Assembly (NCBI RefSeq): GCF_009914755.1
Contig: NC_060925.1
Origin: the human T2T-CHM13v2.0 reference genome, Homo sapiens
Length of the DNA stretch: 64,000 bases
Direction: 5' to 3' (one strand)
The first letter of the stretch is position 1; every line of letters starts with the position of its first letter. The translations under genes were made by a program, and so were the position numbers. This document shows positions 1 to 43,971 of this stretch, piece after piece. The notes under the pieces were generated by a model. The model had not been told where the DNA came from and made no database searches. It saw nothing but the letters and a program-made list of their open reading frames with translations.

Positions 1-2640
<2,640 letters not shown>

Positions 2641-2974
2641 CATAGGAAATGCATAAAAATATAACAACACTTACCTGTGATTTTGGGTCAAAGATAAGGT
2701 AGTTATGATTGTTTTTATTTTTTTAATACAGGTTGTACATGTCTTGAGGTTAGAAAAATCAAGCTAGCTATTTATTGATTGAATGTGTAGGCCTTGCACT
2801 GTAGACGTAACATCAGTATAGAGGTTATTTATCAAGCTGTAGCATGTTAGTGATCAATAACAAAACAGCTAAAAAAAAATGGCTCCTAGAAGTCATTTTT
2901 TTGTGGAATAATTTTCAAGTGTTTTAAGAAAAGCTATTTCTCCTGTTTTGTGTGTGTTTTTTTTTCTTTTTCAG

Positions 2975-3165
2975 CTTCAAGGTATTGCAGCATGCTGATT
3001 GAAGAAGGAGGATTGCAGCATTTATACAACATCAAAGATCATGAACATACTGATCCCCATGTCCAACAGATTGCTGTGGCCATTCTGGATAGCTTAGAAA
3101 AACACATTGTGCGCCATGGGAGGCCACCTCCCTGTAAAAAACAGCCCCAAGCCAGACTAAATTGA
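2975..3165 (+). CDS. ZYG11B: Last coding exon of ZYG11B (CUL2-Elongin BC substrate receptor, Gly/N-degron pathway)
   Basis: Strong acceptor (ttttttctttttcag, AG at 2973-2974), phase-1 start. Encodes SRYCSMLIEEGGLQHLYNIKDHEHTDPHVQQIAVAILDSLEKHIVRHGRPPPCKKQPQARLN with TGA at 3163-3165, matching the recalled ZYG11B C-terminus. Confidence 0.96.
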
Positions 3166-8875
<5,710 letters not shown>

Positions 8876-9002
8876 AGTGTGTCTTGTCTACTTTTATTCT
8901 AGACATTTGGCTTTAAAAGTTAATATTAATGCAAACTTCAAATTCCTTAGTGATCCACTTGTAATGATTGCTTTCTGAAAAAGGCTACTTTTACTGGAGA
9001 AG

Positions 9003-16770
<7,768 letters not shown>

Positions 16771-16772
16771 TC

Positions 16773-17091
<319 letters not shown>

Positions 17092-18747
17092 TAAAAATAA
17101 AAAATAAAAAAAATTACCCAGGCATGGTGGTGGGAGCCGGTAGTCCCAGCTACTCGGAAGGCTGAGGCAGAAGAATAGCTTGAACCCAGGAGGCAGAAGT
17201 GGTGAGCCAAGATCGCGCCACTGCACTCCAGCCCAGGGCGACAGAGCAAGGCTCCATCTCAAAAAAATAAATAAATAAATAAAGGGGGGCTGGGCGCAGT
17301 GGCTCATGCCTGTAATCCCAGCACTTTGGGAGGTCGAGGCGGACGGATCACTTGAGATCAGGAGTTCTAGATCAGCCTGGCCAACATGGTGAAACCCTGT
17401 CTCTACCAAAAATACAAAAATTAGCCAGGTATGGTGGTGCGTGCCTGTAATCCCAGCTACTCTGGAGGCTGAGGCAGGAGAATCGCTTGAACCCTGGGAC
17501 CCAGAGGTCGACGTTGCAGTAAGCCAAGATCCCACCACTGCCTCCAGCCTGGGTGACAGAGTGAGACCCTGTCTCAAAAAAATAATAATAATAAATAAAA
17601 ATAAATTAAAAATAAAAAGCCATCCTTTATTCTTCCCTTTCCCCTACTTGAAGTTTTTGTTATGTTGATTGACTTAGCCACTTCTTAACTGAAGTGTTCC
17701 TTTCTTTCCCCATTACACTTTTATCTTCTAGTCCCGCATCGTCAATCTACATCATAAAAGTCCAGCGAATTGGTCTATCTGCATACCTCCACAAATTGAG
17801 AAGTGGGAGCAAAGGGTGGAAACCTTGAGCATTCACATTAATCGTTTTCATCCCTTATAATTTAAGACTCTAATGCAGTCTCAAAATTCAGCCTTTATAC
17901 AGGCTCCAACTTATGAAAAAGCAAGCCATAGTGTGGAGTAGACATAAGAGCTCTTGGCTTCCAGAAGCCAGTCTTTGGGGCTGGTTTGGGGAGGTGATGC
18001 CGGTGGCCAGATGTTGAAGACTCCTGTGCTTTCAGTAGGATAGCTGTTTAAAATCATTTTGCATGGAAGCTAACACCTGTAATCCCAGCACTTTGGGAGG
18101 CCGAGGCAGGCAGATCACCTGAGGTCAGGAGTTCAAGACCAGCCTAGCCAACATAGTGAAACCCTGTCTCTACTAAAAATACAAAAATTAGCCGGGCGTG
18201 GTGGCTCACAACTATTATTCCATCTACTCAGGAGGCAGAGACAGGAGAATCGCTTGAACCCAGGAGGCAAGAGGTTGCAGCTAAGATCATGCCACTGCAC
18301 TCTAGCCTGGGTGACAGAGTGAGACACCATCTCAAAAAAATAAATAAGTAAATAAATTCATCTTGCAGTGACTTGGTCAAGGATTGCCTCTGAAGAGTGT
18401 CTTCTAGATTGGAATGTAAATCTAAGAGATAAGAACACAACAACAACAACAACAAACCTTAGCTCTCTTGTCCTTGAACATTAACACACATTATAAAAGG
18501 AACCATTTAAGGCCAGGCGCAGTAGCTCACGCCTGTAATCCCAGCACTTTGGGAAGCTGAGGCAAATAAAATCACTTGAGGTCAGGTGTTGGAGACCAGC
18601 CTGGCCAACATGGTGAAACCCTGTATCTACTAAAAATGCAAAAATCAGCCAGGCAAGGGCTGGGTGTTATGGCTCCTGTGTAATCCCAGCGCCTTGGGAG
18701 GCCAAGGCGGGTGGATCACCTAAGGTCAGGAGTTTGAGACCAGCCTA

Positions 18748-19144
<397 letters not shown>

Positions 19145-19405
19145 TCAGATGAAGGGAAGCCTACTGAGGTCAAATGACTTGCCTCAAATCACACAGGTAG
19201 CAAATAGAGCAACTTGTAGATTAAACATCCACACTATTTTTTCTTAATTTTTGTTTAAGATGTGCCTGGCAGGGCACGGTGGCTCATGCCTGTAATCCCA
19301 TCAGTTTGGGACGCCCATCACTTTGGGAGGGCGAGGTGGGCAGATCACCTGAGGTCGGGAGTTCAAGACCAGCCTGACCAACATGGAGAAACCCTGTCTC
19401 TACTA

Positions 19406-19558
<153 letters not shown>

Positions 19559-20043
19559 TCAGTCTCAAGAAAAAAAAAAAGGATGTGGCGGCGGGGGGGG
19601 GTGTCTCATTATGTTGCCCAGGCTGGCATCGAAATCCTGGACTCAAGCACTCCTCCCACCTTGGCCTGCCAATGGGATTAATTACAAGCTTGAGCCACTG
19701 CACCCAGCCCAAACCTACACACTATCTTGCCATTGGATTTCCTACTCTGTGGAAAACATGCAGCTTTGTTTTTGTTTTTTGTCCTTTTTTTCCTCCTTTT
19801 TGTGGGAATGGGGTCTCGCCATATTGCCCAGGCAGGTCTCGTACTCCTGGGTTCAAGCTATTCCCCTGTCTCTGTCGCCCTAAGGACTGGGATTACAGGC
19901 GTGAGCCACTGCGCCTGGCAACTTCCTGCTTTGTATAATCTCAGTAGAAGGGCCGGGCGCAGTGGCTCAAGCCGTAATCCCAGCACTTTGGGAGGCCGAG
20001 GCGGGCGGATCACAAGGTCAGGAGATCGAGACCATCCTGGCTA

Positions 20044-20310
<267 letters not shown>

Positions 20311-20420
20311 TCATGAAATAAAACACATAATTGATTTTTTTCTTAAACACAGAGTATCAAAAGACACAGGACAGGGTGCCCAGATCGACTGTTCTGTGCT
20401 CCAAATAATAACAATGATAA

Positions 20421-20767
<347 letters not shown>

Positions 20768-20770
20768 TGA

Positions 20771-22515
<1,745 letters not shown>

Positions 22516-22519
22516 TTCA

Positions 22520-22807
22520 GCTGTAATAGGAAATATCCTCTCCATTGGGCAAAAGCCGAGGAAATGACTGTAACTTTCCTTCATCCTCGTCATTTACATA
22601 GGGCATACCCCAAGTAGAGGGTATTTAAACTCCCAAAAATTCTGTAACGGGGTCTTTGAGCCCCAGTGCTCGGGCCCACTCCCACATTGTGGCATTGTGG
22701 AGTGTACTTTCATTTTCAATAAATCCCTTCATTCCTTCCTTGTTTGTGCGTTTTGTCCAATTCTTTGTTCAAGACACCAAGAACATGAACACCCTCCACC
22801 GTTAACA
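22520..22807 (+). mobile_element. MER41-family LTR, 3' portion
   Basis: tgtggagtgtactttcattttcAATAAA...ttttgtccaattctttgttcaagacaccaagaac...caccctccaccgttaaCA matches the recalled MER41 3' end. Confidence 0.72.
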
Positions 22808-22881
22808 AAAGCATATTGGCGGGGGCACGGTGGCTCACGCCTGTAATCCCAACATTTTGAGACGCCGAGGCGTGCGGATCA

Positions 22882-23590
<709 letters not shown>

Positions 23591-23945
23591 ACTTTCCTTT
23601 TCCAAGGTATTGCTTTCTCTTAAATTAGCTAATGTGTACTAACTTGTGGAGTTTCTTTCCTGGAGAAAGTTAGAAGGGTCTCTCGGGGTTTCTTTCTTGG
23701 AGCAGGTTATAAGGGTCTTCTCGAGTACTTTTTAAGTAACAAGAAAGCTAAATAGATTTTTTGGTAGATACTTGCCAATATTTTGTATTCGTTTTATATT
23801 TGATTTATCCAGAGACTCTAAGGAGTTGAAACAGAGAGGACCGTTAGAGAGGTGCTGTTGCCAGATTTTCAGGGGCAAAGTCTTTGAAATATATATTTTA
23901 ATGTATGAAAGCTTTAAAAAATATATACATATATAGAAATAATGA

Positions 23946-23948
<3 letters not shown>

Positions 23949-23980
<32 letters not shown>
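23949..23980. repeat. (TG)16 microsatellite with flanking (TA)-rich runs
   Basis: Read directly from the sequence. Confidence 0.97.
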
Positions 23981-23983
<3 letters not shown>

Positions 23984-24019
23984 ATGTATATATATATACA
24001 GTATTCCCCAAACCTACAC

Positions 24020-25100
<1,081 letters not shown>

Positions 25101-25158
25101 CGAATGCCTGTTACTCTTAGCTCTGGACAAAATGCAAACCCAAAGAATGTGTGTTTAG

Positions 25159-25515
<357 letters not shown>

Positions 25516-26049
25516 TAAAGCAGTCTGGTAACCCCTAGTCTTTTGTAGGCTTTGCTAGGCTCCATTTTACCGATGTAGGGAAGTTGGGAGCTCTGAAATT
25601 TAGTTGACTTGCTCGTGAACTTGAATTTCACCTCAGGTGTTCAGACCTCTGGCCCCACTTTGGAAAAAACCCGCCAAGGGCCACCCTTGGGGAACTCGAG
25701 GGATTGAGTGGTGAAGGCTCGACCCAAAATTTATGGAGAGAAGGAAATGTTCTGATTAAGGTTGTGCTTTACATATTAACGCCTTGTTGGAAGACTTTGT
25801 GCCCTGCAGTGATCTAGCCTGTAATCTTTTGAACTCATTTAGAAAAGTTATATAATTTGTGGATTTGTAATTAATGGAAAACTTGGATTTTTTACGTGTG
25901 TGCTAGCATCGTCTCAAGCACATTTTTTCCTGCTTGGAATCGAAACAAGATTTCTTTACAAAAGTACTCACACCCATTTTCTCTGTCTAGTTCTGGGTAT
26001 ATCTCATTTTCTTTGTTAAGGATTTTATTTATTTTTAATTAATTATTTT

Positions 26050-32500
<6,451 letters not shown>

Positions 32501-32807
32501 ATTTTGCAATTCAGAGACTTAAAATTTTTTTTTTTGAGACAGGGTCTCATTTTGTCATCCAGGCTGGAGTGGAGGGGCGCAATCACGGCTCATTGCCTCA
32601 CTGCAGCCTTGACCTCCTGGGCTCAAGCAATTCTCCTGCCTCAGCTCCCCAGGTAGCTGGGACTCAGGCACACCCTACCACATCTGGCTAATTTTTTCGT
32701 ATTTTTTGTGGAGACGGGGTTTTGCCATGTTTCCACATCTGGTCTTGAACTCCTCAGCTCACATGATCTACCTGCCTTGGCCTTTGATGCTGGGATTACA
32801 GGTGTGA

Positions 32808-33059
<252 letters not shown>

Positions 33060-33211
33060 TAGCAGGGACAGGGTTTCAACATGTTGGCCAGGTTGGTCTC
33101 GAGCTCCTAACCTCAAATGATCAGTCTGCCTCTGCCTCCCAAAGTGTTGGAATTATAGGTGTGAGCCACCATGCCCGGCACACAGTTTATTTTATTATTT
33201 ATTTTAATTAA

Positions 33212-33352
<141 letters not shown>

Positions 33353-34174
33353 TGAGTAGCTGGGATTACAGGCACCCGCCACCATGCCTTCCTAATTTTT
33401 TTTTTTTTTTTTAATGATGGAGTCTTGCACTGTCACCCGGGCTGGTGTACAGTGGCACAATCTTGGCTCGCTGCAACCTCCGCCTCCCGGGTTCAAGTGA
33501 TTCTCCTGCCTCTGCCTCCCGAGTAGCTAGGATTACAGGCGCCTGCCACCACTCTCGGCTAATTTTTTGTATTTTTATTAGAGACGGGGTTTCACTATGT
33601 TGGCCAGGCTGGTCTTGAACTGCTGACCTCATGATCCACCCACCTCAGCCTCCCAAAGTGCTGGGATTACAGGCGTGAGCCACCGTGCCTGGCCAGTTTT
33701 TGTATTTTTGGTGAAGATGGGGTTTCACCGTGTTGGCCAGGCTGGTCTCGAACTCCTGACCTCATGATCCACCCACCTCATCTTCCCAAAGTAGTGTGAT
33801 TACAGGAGTGAGCCTCTGCACCTGGCCCGACAGTTAATTTTAGAGCAAATTTTTTTTTTTTTTTTTTGAGGTAGAGTCTGTCACCCATGCTGGAGTGCAG
33901 TGATGCTATCTTGGCTCACTGCACTCTCTGCCTTCTGGGTTCAAGGGATTCTCCTGCCTCAAGGCTCCTGAGTAGGTGGGACTATAGATAGGCATGTGCC
34001 ACCATGCCTGGCTAATTTTTTATTTTTAGAACAGGGTTTTGCTATGTTGGCCAGGCTGGTCTCAAACTCATGACCTCAAGTGATCCACCCGCCTTGGCCT
34101 CCCAAAATGCACGAATTAACAGCTACCACGCTTGGCCAGCGTTTCTATTTTGTAGAGGAGAAAGGCATTTTTTG

Positions 34175-34790
34175 CCTTATGATAGGGTTATATACCAATA
34201 AAACCCTTGTAAATTTAAAATATTCTAAGTTCAAAATGCATTTAAGACACCTAAACTATCAAATATAGGTTAGTCTGGCCTACCTTAAATGTGCTCAGAA
34301 CTCTTATATTAGCCTACAGTCGAGGAAAATCATCTAACACAAAGCCCATTTCATTATAGTGTTGAATATCTCGTGGAATTTATTGATACTGACAGTGAAA
34401 AACAGTGGTCATATGTGTACTCACTGTAAACATACACAGTTGAAAGCACTCTGGGCCTGAAGAATGTTTGAAGCATTGAACTAAAAGTTAATTGCTGGAT
34501 TATGGAGAAGCTACATCAACAGGGTCACCAGTTGCTCTTCTAAGCATTGGAGCCCATTGACACTTGTTGATGGTTTAGCAGGCATAGTGTTCAAGAAGAT
34601 ATCAAGTATTGGTTGTTTACCCTTGTGATCGTGTGGCTGACTGGGAGCTGCAGCTCACGCTGCTGACCAGCATTGAAAGAGTATCATATTATGTCACTAG
34701 CCTGGGAAGAGATCAAAACTCAAAATTTGAAGTATGGTTTCTACTTTATACCGTTGTAATTCCAAAAATCATGAGTCAGGGACTATCTGT
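34175..34790. mobile_element. Tigger5/MER47-family DNA transposon remnant
   Basis: gcctaccttaaatgtgctcagaac...aaatcatctaacacaaagcc...gaagtatggtttctact...gggactatctg(ta). Confidence 0.7.
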
Positions 34791-35421
34791 ACATGCCTTT
34801 ATAGCCTCACCTTACTGTCAGTTTCTTACACTTTCATAGGACCTTGACTGTATCACTGTTTGAGGTTGTGAACAGTTTTGAGAATAGACACATGATAATC
34901 AATGAATACATATTTTTTGAGTGAATGACCATGTAATCTCTGCTTGGAGTGTCCCAAATGTTGCATTGAAATTGTCAGATTTCTTGTTTGTATTCTTCAC
35001 TAAACTTTAGCTTTAAAGGGACTAGAACCATGTCTTACCCACCTCTGTATTTTCAGTGGCTAGCACAGAACAGGTGATAAGTAAAGGGTTAAGAGAACTT
35101 AATATTGGGGCCGGGTGTGGTGGCTCATGCCTGTAATCCAGCACTTGGGGAAGCTGAAGTGGGAGGATCTCTTGATACCATGAGTTTCGAGACTGGCTTG
35201 GACAACAAAGTGGGACTCTATAATAAACCTACAAAAAATTAGCTGGGCATGGTGGCATGGGCTTGTAGTCCCAGTTACTCAGGAGGCTGAGTGGAAGGAT
35301 CACCTGACTGGGGAAGTCAAAGTTGCATTCGGCTGTGATTGTGCCACTGCACTCCAGCCTAGGCGATAGCGAGACCCTGTTTCAAAAAAAAGAAAAAAAG
35401 AACTTAATGTTTTTCAAGATA

Positions 35422-35739
35422 CAGTATGTTCTCTCTGACTACGGGTTCAGTATATGTGAATTCAGCCAACTTTGGATGGAAAATATTTGGGGAAAAATAC
35501 CTGCATCTGTATTGAACATGTACAGACTTTTTTCTTGTCATTATGTAAACAATACAGTATAAAGGATTTATACTGTATTAGTGTTTATAAGTAATTTAGA
35601 AATGATTTGTAGTATATGAGAATGTCTGCATAGGTTATATGCAAACCTTACACCATTTTATATAAGGAGACTTGAGCATCTGTGGATACTGGTCAGAGAG
35701 TTCTGGAACCAATCTCCTACAGATTTTGAGGGACAGCTG
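35422..35739. mobile_element. MER2 (TcMar-Tigger) element
   Basis: TA-flanked cagt...gagggacagctg with internal gcataggttatatgcaaa...ccattttatataagg. Confidence 0.78.
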
Positions 35740-35944
35740 TACAACAGAAAGGACAACAGATTAAATTTTCCATTCAGTTAACAGTAGGAATGAGGTGGTT
35801 TCGTTACATATAAATCATTACTAGAGTATGAAGGATGTATCTTCAGATACTCTCATCAAGTGGAATAGGTATGGCATGACCAGTTTTATGTTGAATTGTT
35901 GCAGATGTATTCTAACAAAGTTTGTTTGGGGTTTTGTTTGCTAG

Positions 35945-36229
<285 letters not shown>

Positions 36230-36959
36230 TGAGACTCACTCTTTCTGGGATTCCATGATGGAAATTGTCTTCTAGGCTAGCCCTGCTATTGACTTGGTTT
36301 TCCACTCTTCACTTACGTAAAGTTATCACTCATCCATCTGCTCTCTAGCTTTGTTTTTTTTTTTTGAGACGGATTTTCACCCTTGTCGCCAAGGCTGGAG
36401 TGTAGTGGCACAATCTTTGCTCACTGCAGCCTCCGCCTGGGTTTAAGCGATTCTCCTGCCTCAGCCTCCTGAGTAGCTGGGATTACAGGCGCCCACCACA
36501 CCTGGCTGATTTTTGTATTTTTAGTAGAGATGGGGTTTCACCAGTTTGGTCAGGCTGGTCTTGAACTCCTGAGTTCAGATGATCCGTCTGCCTTGGCTTC
36601 CCAAAGTGCTGGGATTACAGACATGAGCCACTGTGCCCGGCCTGCTCTCTAGCTTTTTCAAAATGCTCTTGCTGACCATTCTTTTCATTATGGTTATGAG
36701 TCTTACCTCCCATTGTAGCTGGGCTTAAAGAACTCCACTAAAAAAATAAAGGAAAAAAAGGGCATTTTATTATTTATTTATTTATAACCTGGGATTACAG
36801 ATGTGAGTCACCATGTCCGGTCATAATTTTTGTATTTTTAGTAGAGATGGGGTTTCACCATGTTGGCCAGGCTGGTCTCAAACTCTTGACCTCAAGTGGT
36901 CTGCCTGCCTCGGCCTCCCAAAGTGCTGGGATTACAGGCGTGAGGCACCGTGCCTGGCC

Positions 36960-37690
36960 CATAATCAATTTTAGAACCTCAAACTTTCCATCACCTCAGA
37001 AAGAAACCTTGTGCCCGTTAGATTTTATTTCCCTTTTCCCGCATCCCTCCAGCCCTAAGCAACCACAAGTCTACTTTCCATCTCTATGTATGGATTTGCC
37101 TATTCTGAACATTTAATATAAATTAAATCATCCAATATGTGGCCTTGTGTGCCGAACTTTTTTCATTTAGCATGTTTAAGGCTCACATTGTGCAACATGT
37201 ATATCTGTACTCGTTCCTTTTTATAGTCGCATATTCTACTGTATGGACATACCACATTGTATTTATCTGTTTTTCGGTTGATGGACATTTGTGGTGTTCT
37301 CACTTTTGGGCTATTATGAATAATATGCTACCATAAAGATATGTGTACAAATTTTATTTTTAAACTTAAAAAATTTATTCTAAACTTTCTGTGCTCCATA
37401 TGAATCTGCAGGAATGTGTAAGAGTTTCTATGTGGACATAAGTTTTCATTTCTCTGAGTGAAATTGCTGGATCAAATGGTAACTCATTATCTTTTTGAGG
37501 AACTGCCAGACTATTGTTTGTGGCTGTACTATTTTACATTCCCATCAGCAGTGTCCAAGGGTTCTAATTTCTCCACGTTCTCACCAAGACTCATCTGACA
37601 TTTTGATTATAGCCATCCTAGTGGATGTGAAATAGTATCTGTTGTGCTTTTAATTTGCATTTCTTTAATGACTTATGGTGTTGGTATTTA
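36960..37690 (-). mobile_element. L1M 3' fragment
   Basis: gttgatggacattt...aattgctggatcaaatggtaactc...tttacattcccatcagcagtg...tttgcatttctttaatgac. Confidence 0.8.
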
Positions 37691-38429
37691 CCTGGTATGC
37701 CTCCCTATACTGAATTCCTTGTGGTCACAGGTGTCTGATTACCTTTCGTGCCTGTTACATAACATGGAATCTCACCATAGAAGATGTGTAGTAGGCCAGG
37801 TGCAGTGCCTGTAGTCCCAGCTACTTGGGAGGCTGAGGCAAGGGAATCGCTTGAACTTGGGAAGCGGAGGTTGCAGTGAGCCCCCACTGCACTCCAGCCT
37901 GGGTGACAGAGCAAGACTCCATCTCAAAAAAAAAAAAAAAAAATATGTGTAGTAAATGAAAAATAGGACAACCCATTCGTTTTACAGATGAGGAAAATGA
38001 GGCCCAGAGAGGTAAGTGACTTGTCAAATATTATCTACTAATTTGGTTAAAAATAATATTAGTAGTGCTACTTGTATATTGTATATCCTGTACTTATCTA
38101 CCTATTTTATTTTGTTCTTCCTTTCTGTGAGCAAGGTTACTGTAGATAAAATTTTGGGCTCTACAGCCAAACTGGGGTTGACTCCCTGATTCTGATGGTG
38201 ACCTTGGATAAATTACTTAACCTATTCAAGTTTCAGTTTCCTCAGCTACATAGTAGTAGTAACAATAATTCCTTTATAGTATTAATGCAAAGAATACATG
38301 AGATAATAATCTTATTAAAGGAGTTTAGAACAATGCTAGCACAGAGCAGTAAATGTTGTCATTATTGTTATTATTAACATCTGTCTTAATTCTTTGCCAC
38401 ATTTTATCCTGGAAAGACATGAGATCTAG

Positions 38430-39263
<834 letters not shown>

Positions 39264-39876
39264 TAAACTCGTGCTATAGACCAGAATTTTTACTAGGTAT
39301 TAGGGTTACAGAGACAGATAAAAAAATCCTTAAAGAGCTTTTTTAATAATTAATGATTATTATGCACCTACTATGTGGAAGGTTGTGAGAATATTATTAT
39401 TATTTTTTGAGATGGAGTAGTTTTGTATTTTTAATAGAGATTGGGTTTCTTCATGTTGGTCAGGCTGGTCTCGAACGCCTGACCTCAGGTGATCTGCTTG
39501 CCTCGGCTTCCCAAAGTGCTGGGATCATAGGCATGAGCCACTGTGCCCGGCCACACGTGAGAATATAATATTAAGATACAGGCTGGGCATGGTGGCTCAC
39601 ACCTGTAATCCCAGCACTTTGGGAGGCCAAGGCGGGCAGATCACTTGAGGTCAGGAGTCCGAGACCAGCCTGGCCAACATGGTGAAACCTGGTCTCTACT
39701 AAAAATACAAAAATTAGCCGGTGTGTTGGCGGGCGCCTGTAGTCCCAGCTACTTGGGAGGCTGAGGCAGGAGAATCACTTGAACCTGGGAGGTGGAGGTT
39801 GCACCACTGCACTCCAGCCTGGCCAAAAGCGAAACGCAGTCTCAAAAAAAAAAGAAGATATAGTGGGTTCAAGTGA

Positions 39877-40413
<537 letters not shown>

Positions 40414-40784
40414 TAATAATACCTCCTTAGTTCTTCCTAGGGGAAGAGAATAAAGTGATTTGTATACTCATTAGTTGTGTTAACATTTTATTCTTTTGAT
40501 TTGAAGTTAGCAATTGTTGTATTTTAATTAATTAATTAATTAATTTTTTATTGAGACAGAGTCACTCTGTTGTTCAGGATGGAGTGCAGTGGCACAATCT
40601 TGGCTCACTGCAACCTCTGCTGTGAGCTGAGATCCCCAAATTTTTTTTGGGACAGTCGAGTCCTGCTCTGTCGCCCAGGCTGGAGTGCAGTGGTCCGATC
40701 TTGGCTCACCACCAAGGATTATCTCTTCCCCCCTTGGATAAACTTGGCATCTTTGTTGAAAATCGGGTGTCCGTATATGTGTGA

Positions 40785-41006
<222 letters not shown>

Positions 41007-41084
41007 TAGCCAGGATAGTCTTGATCTCCTGACCTCGTGATCTGCCTGCCTCATCCTTCCAAAGTGCTAGGATTACAGGTGTGA

Positions 41085-41483
<399 letters not shown>

Positions 41484-42193
41484 TGAAGTCTTGAAATTGG
41501 GTAATGTGACTTCTTCAACTGTTATTCTGTTTCATAATTGTTTTGGTTATTCTAGGTTCTTTGTATTTCCATATAAATCATAAAAGCAACTTGTCAATAT
41601 CTACAAAAAGGACTACTGGTATTTTAGTTGGGATTGCATTAAATCTGTAGGTCAGTTTGAGGAAAATTGCCGTTTAATAACGTTGAGTCTCATGTTGTTT
41701 TAAAAAATAGAGGCGAGGTCTCACTATGTTGTCCAGGCTGGTCTCGTAGTCCTGGGCTCAAGCAACCCTTGAGCCTCAGACTCCCAAAGTGTTGGGATTA
41801 CAGGCATTAGCCACCACGCCTGGCGCTAGTCTCCTGATTCTTGAATCCTGTATATCTCTGCATTTATTTAGATCTTTACTTTCTCTCAGCATATTTTGTC
41901 ATGTAGCTGGGACTACAGGCGCCTGCCACCACGCCTGGCTAATTTTTGTAATTTTAGTAGAGATGGGGTTTCACCATATTGTTCAGGCTGGTCTCTACTC
42001 CTGACCTCGGGTGATCCACCTGCCTCAGCCTCACAAAGTGCTGGGATTACAGGCGTGAGCCACTGCGCCTGGCCAACACCTGGAACATTTAATTGAACAT
42101 TTGTTGTTATTGTCTTAAACACTGGATGCCCCAAAAACCCTGTGGTTAAAAATGAATGGTGAAAAAATATGAATGGTGAAACCTGTTTGGTAA

Positions 42194-42421
<228 letters not shown>

Positions 42422-42911
42422 TGAATATAATAAATTATATGCTTTATTCTATAGTGAGTCAAGTGCTCTCATAGAGCAAAGAATGTTAAGCTTAGCTGCC
42501 AAAGTGTCTTTTGCTTTGAGCATCTGGATTTATGTGGAATAAATTAGAATCAAAACAGTTAAAATTTGGTCTAAGTAAGGGAATAATAGGATCATGTGGC
42601 TTTCTGAAAGAAAACAAGTGCAGAACAAAATAAAAATAATTAAGGGTGGCCAAATCTACCACTTGAAGTATTTTGTGAATGACATAAAGTTGCTTTTATC
42701 GATATAGCCAAACTTAGCTTTGGTTTAGGGAAGGATGCGTTTTATTGTAAATGTAATTACAAGTATTAAGAGGCTTGGGAAAGAAAACTGCAGTTATTTA
42801 TTTTTCTTTTATACATGTGTTTATTTGAAAATTGTTGTTTTTAGTGAAACATAACAATGAAAGGTCTTAAGAAAAACCTTGTCTTTATTTGTAATTTTTT
42901 GCAATTCCTTA

Positions 42912-43189
<278 letters not shown>

Positions 43190-43581
43190 TTACAGCATGG
43201 GAGATTAACTTTATTTACAGCTCAAAAGCTGTATAAAGAAAAACTCTGGGTCAGCTGTGGTGGCTCATGCCTGTAATCCCACCACTTTGGTTGGGAGGCC
43301 GAGATGGGAGGATTTCCTGGGGCCAGGAGTTCAAGACTAGCCTGATCAACATTAGTAAGACCCTGTCTCTACAAAAATTTAGAAAAAGAAAAAAAATTAG
43401 CTTCTGGCTGGGCACCATGGCTCACGCCTGTAATCCCAGCACTTTTTGGGAGGCTGAGGTGGACAGATCGCCTGAGGTCAGGAATTTGAACAGCCTGGCC
43501 AACATGGTAGAACCCCGTCTCTACTAAAAATACAAAAATTAGCCAGGCGTGGTGGCAGGTGCCTGTAATCCCAGCTACTCA

Positions 43582-43704
<123 letters not shown>

Positions 43705-43752
43705 TTAGGTGGGCATGGTTGTACATGCCTATAGTCCCAGCTACTTGGGTGA

Positions 43753-43971
<219 letters not shown>

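Noticed and set aside
17615-18065. Non-repetitive-looking intergenic island
   Set aside because: No ORF, splice pattern or motif that I can support; it needs conservation or chromatin data.
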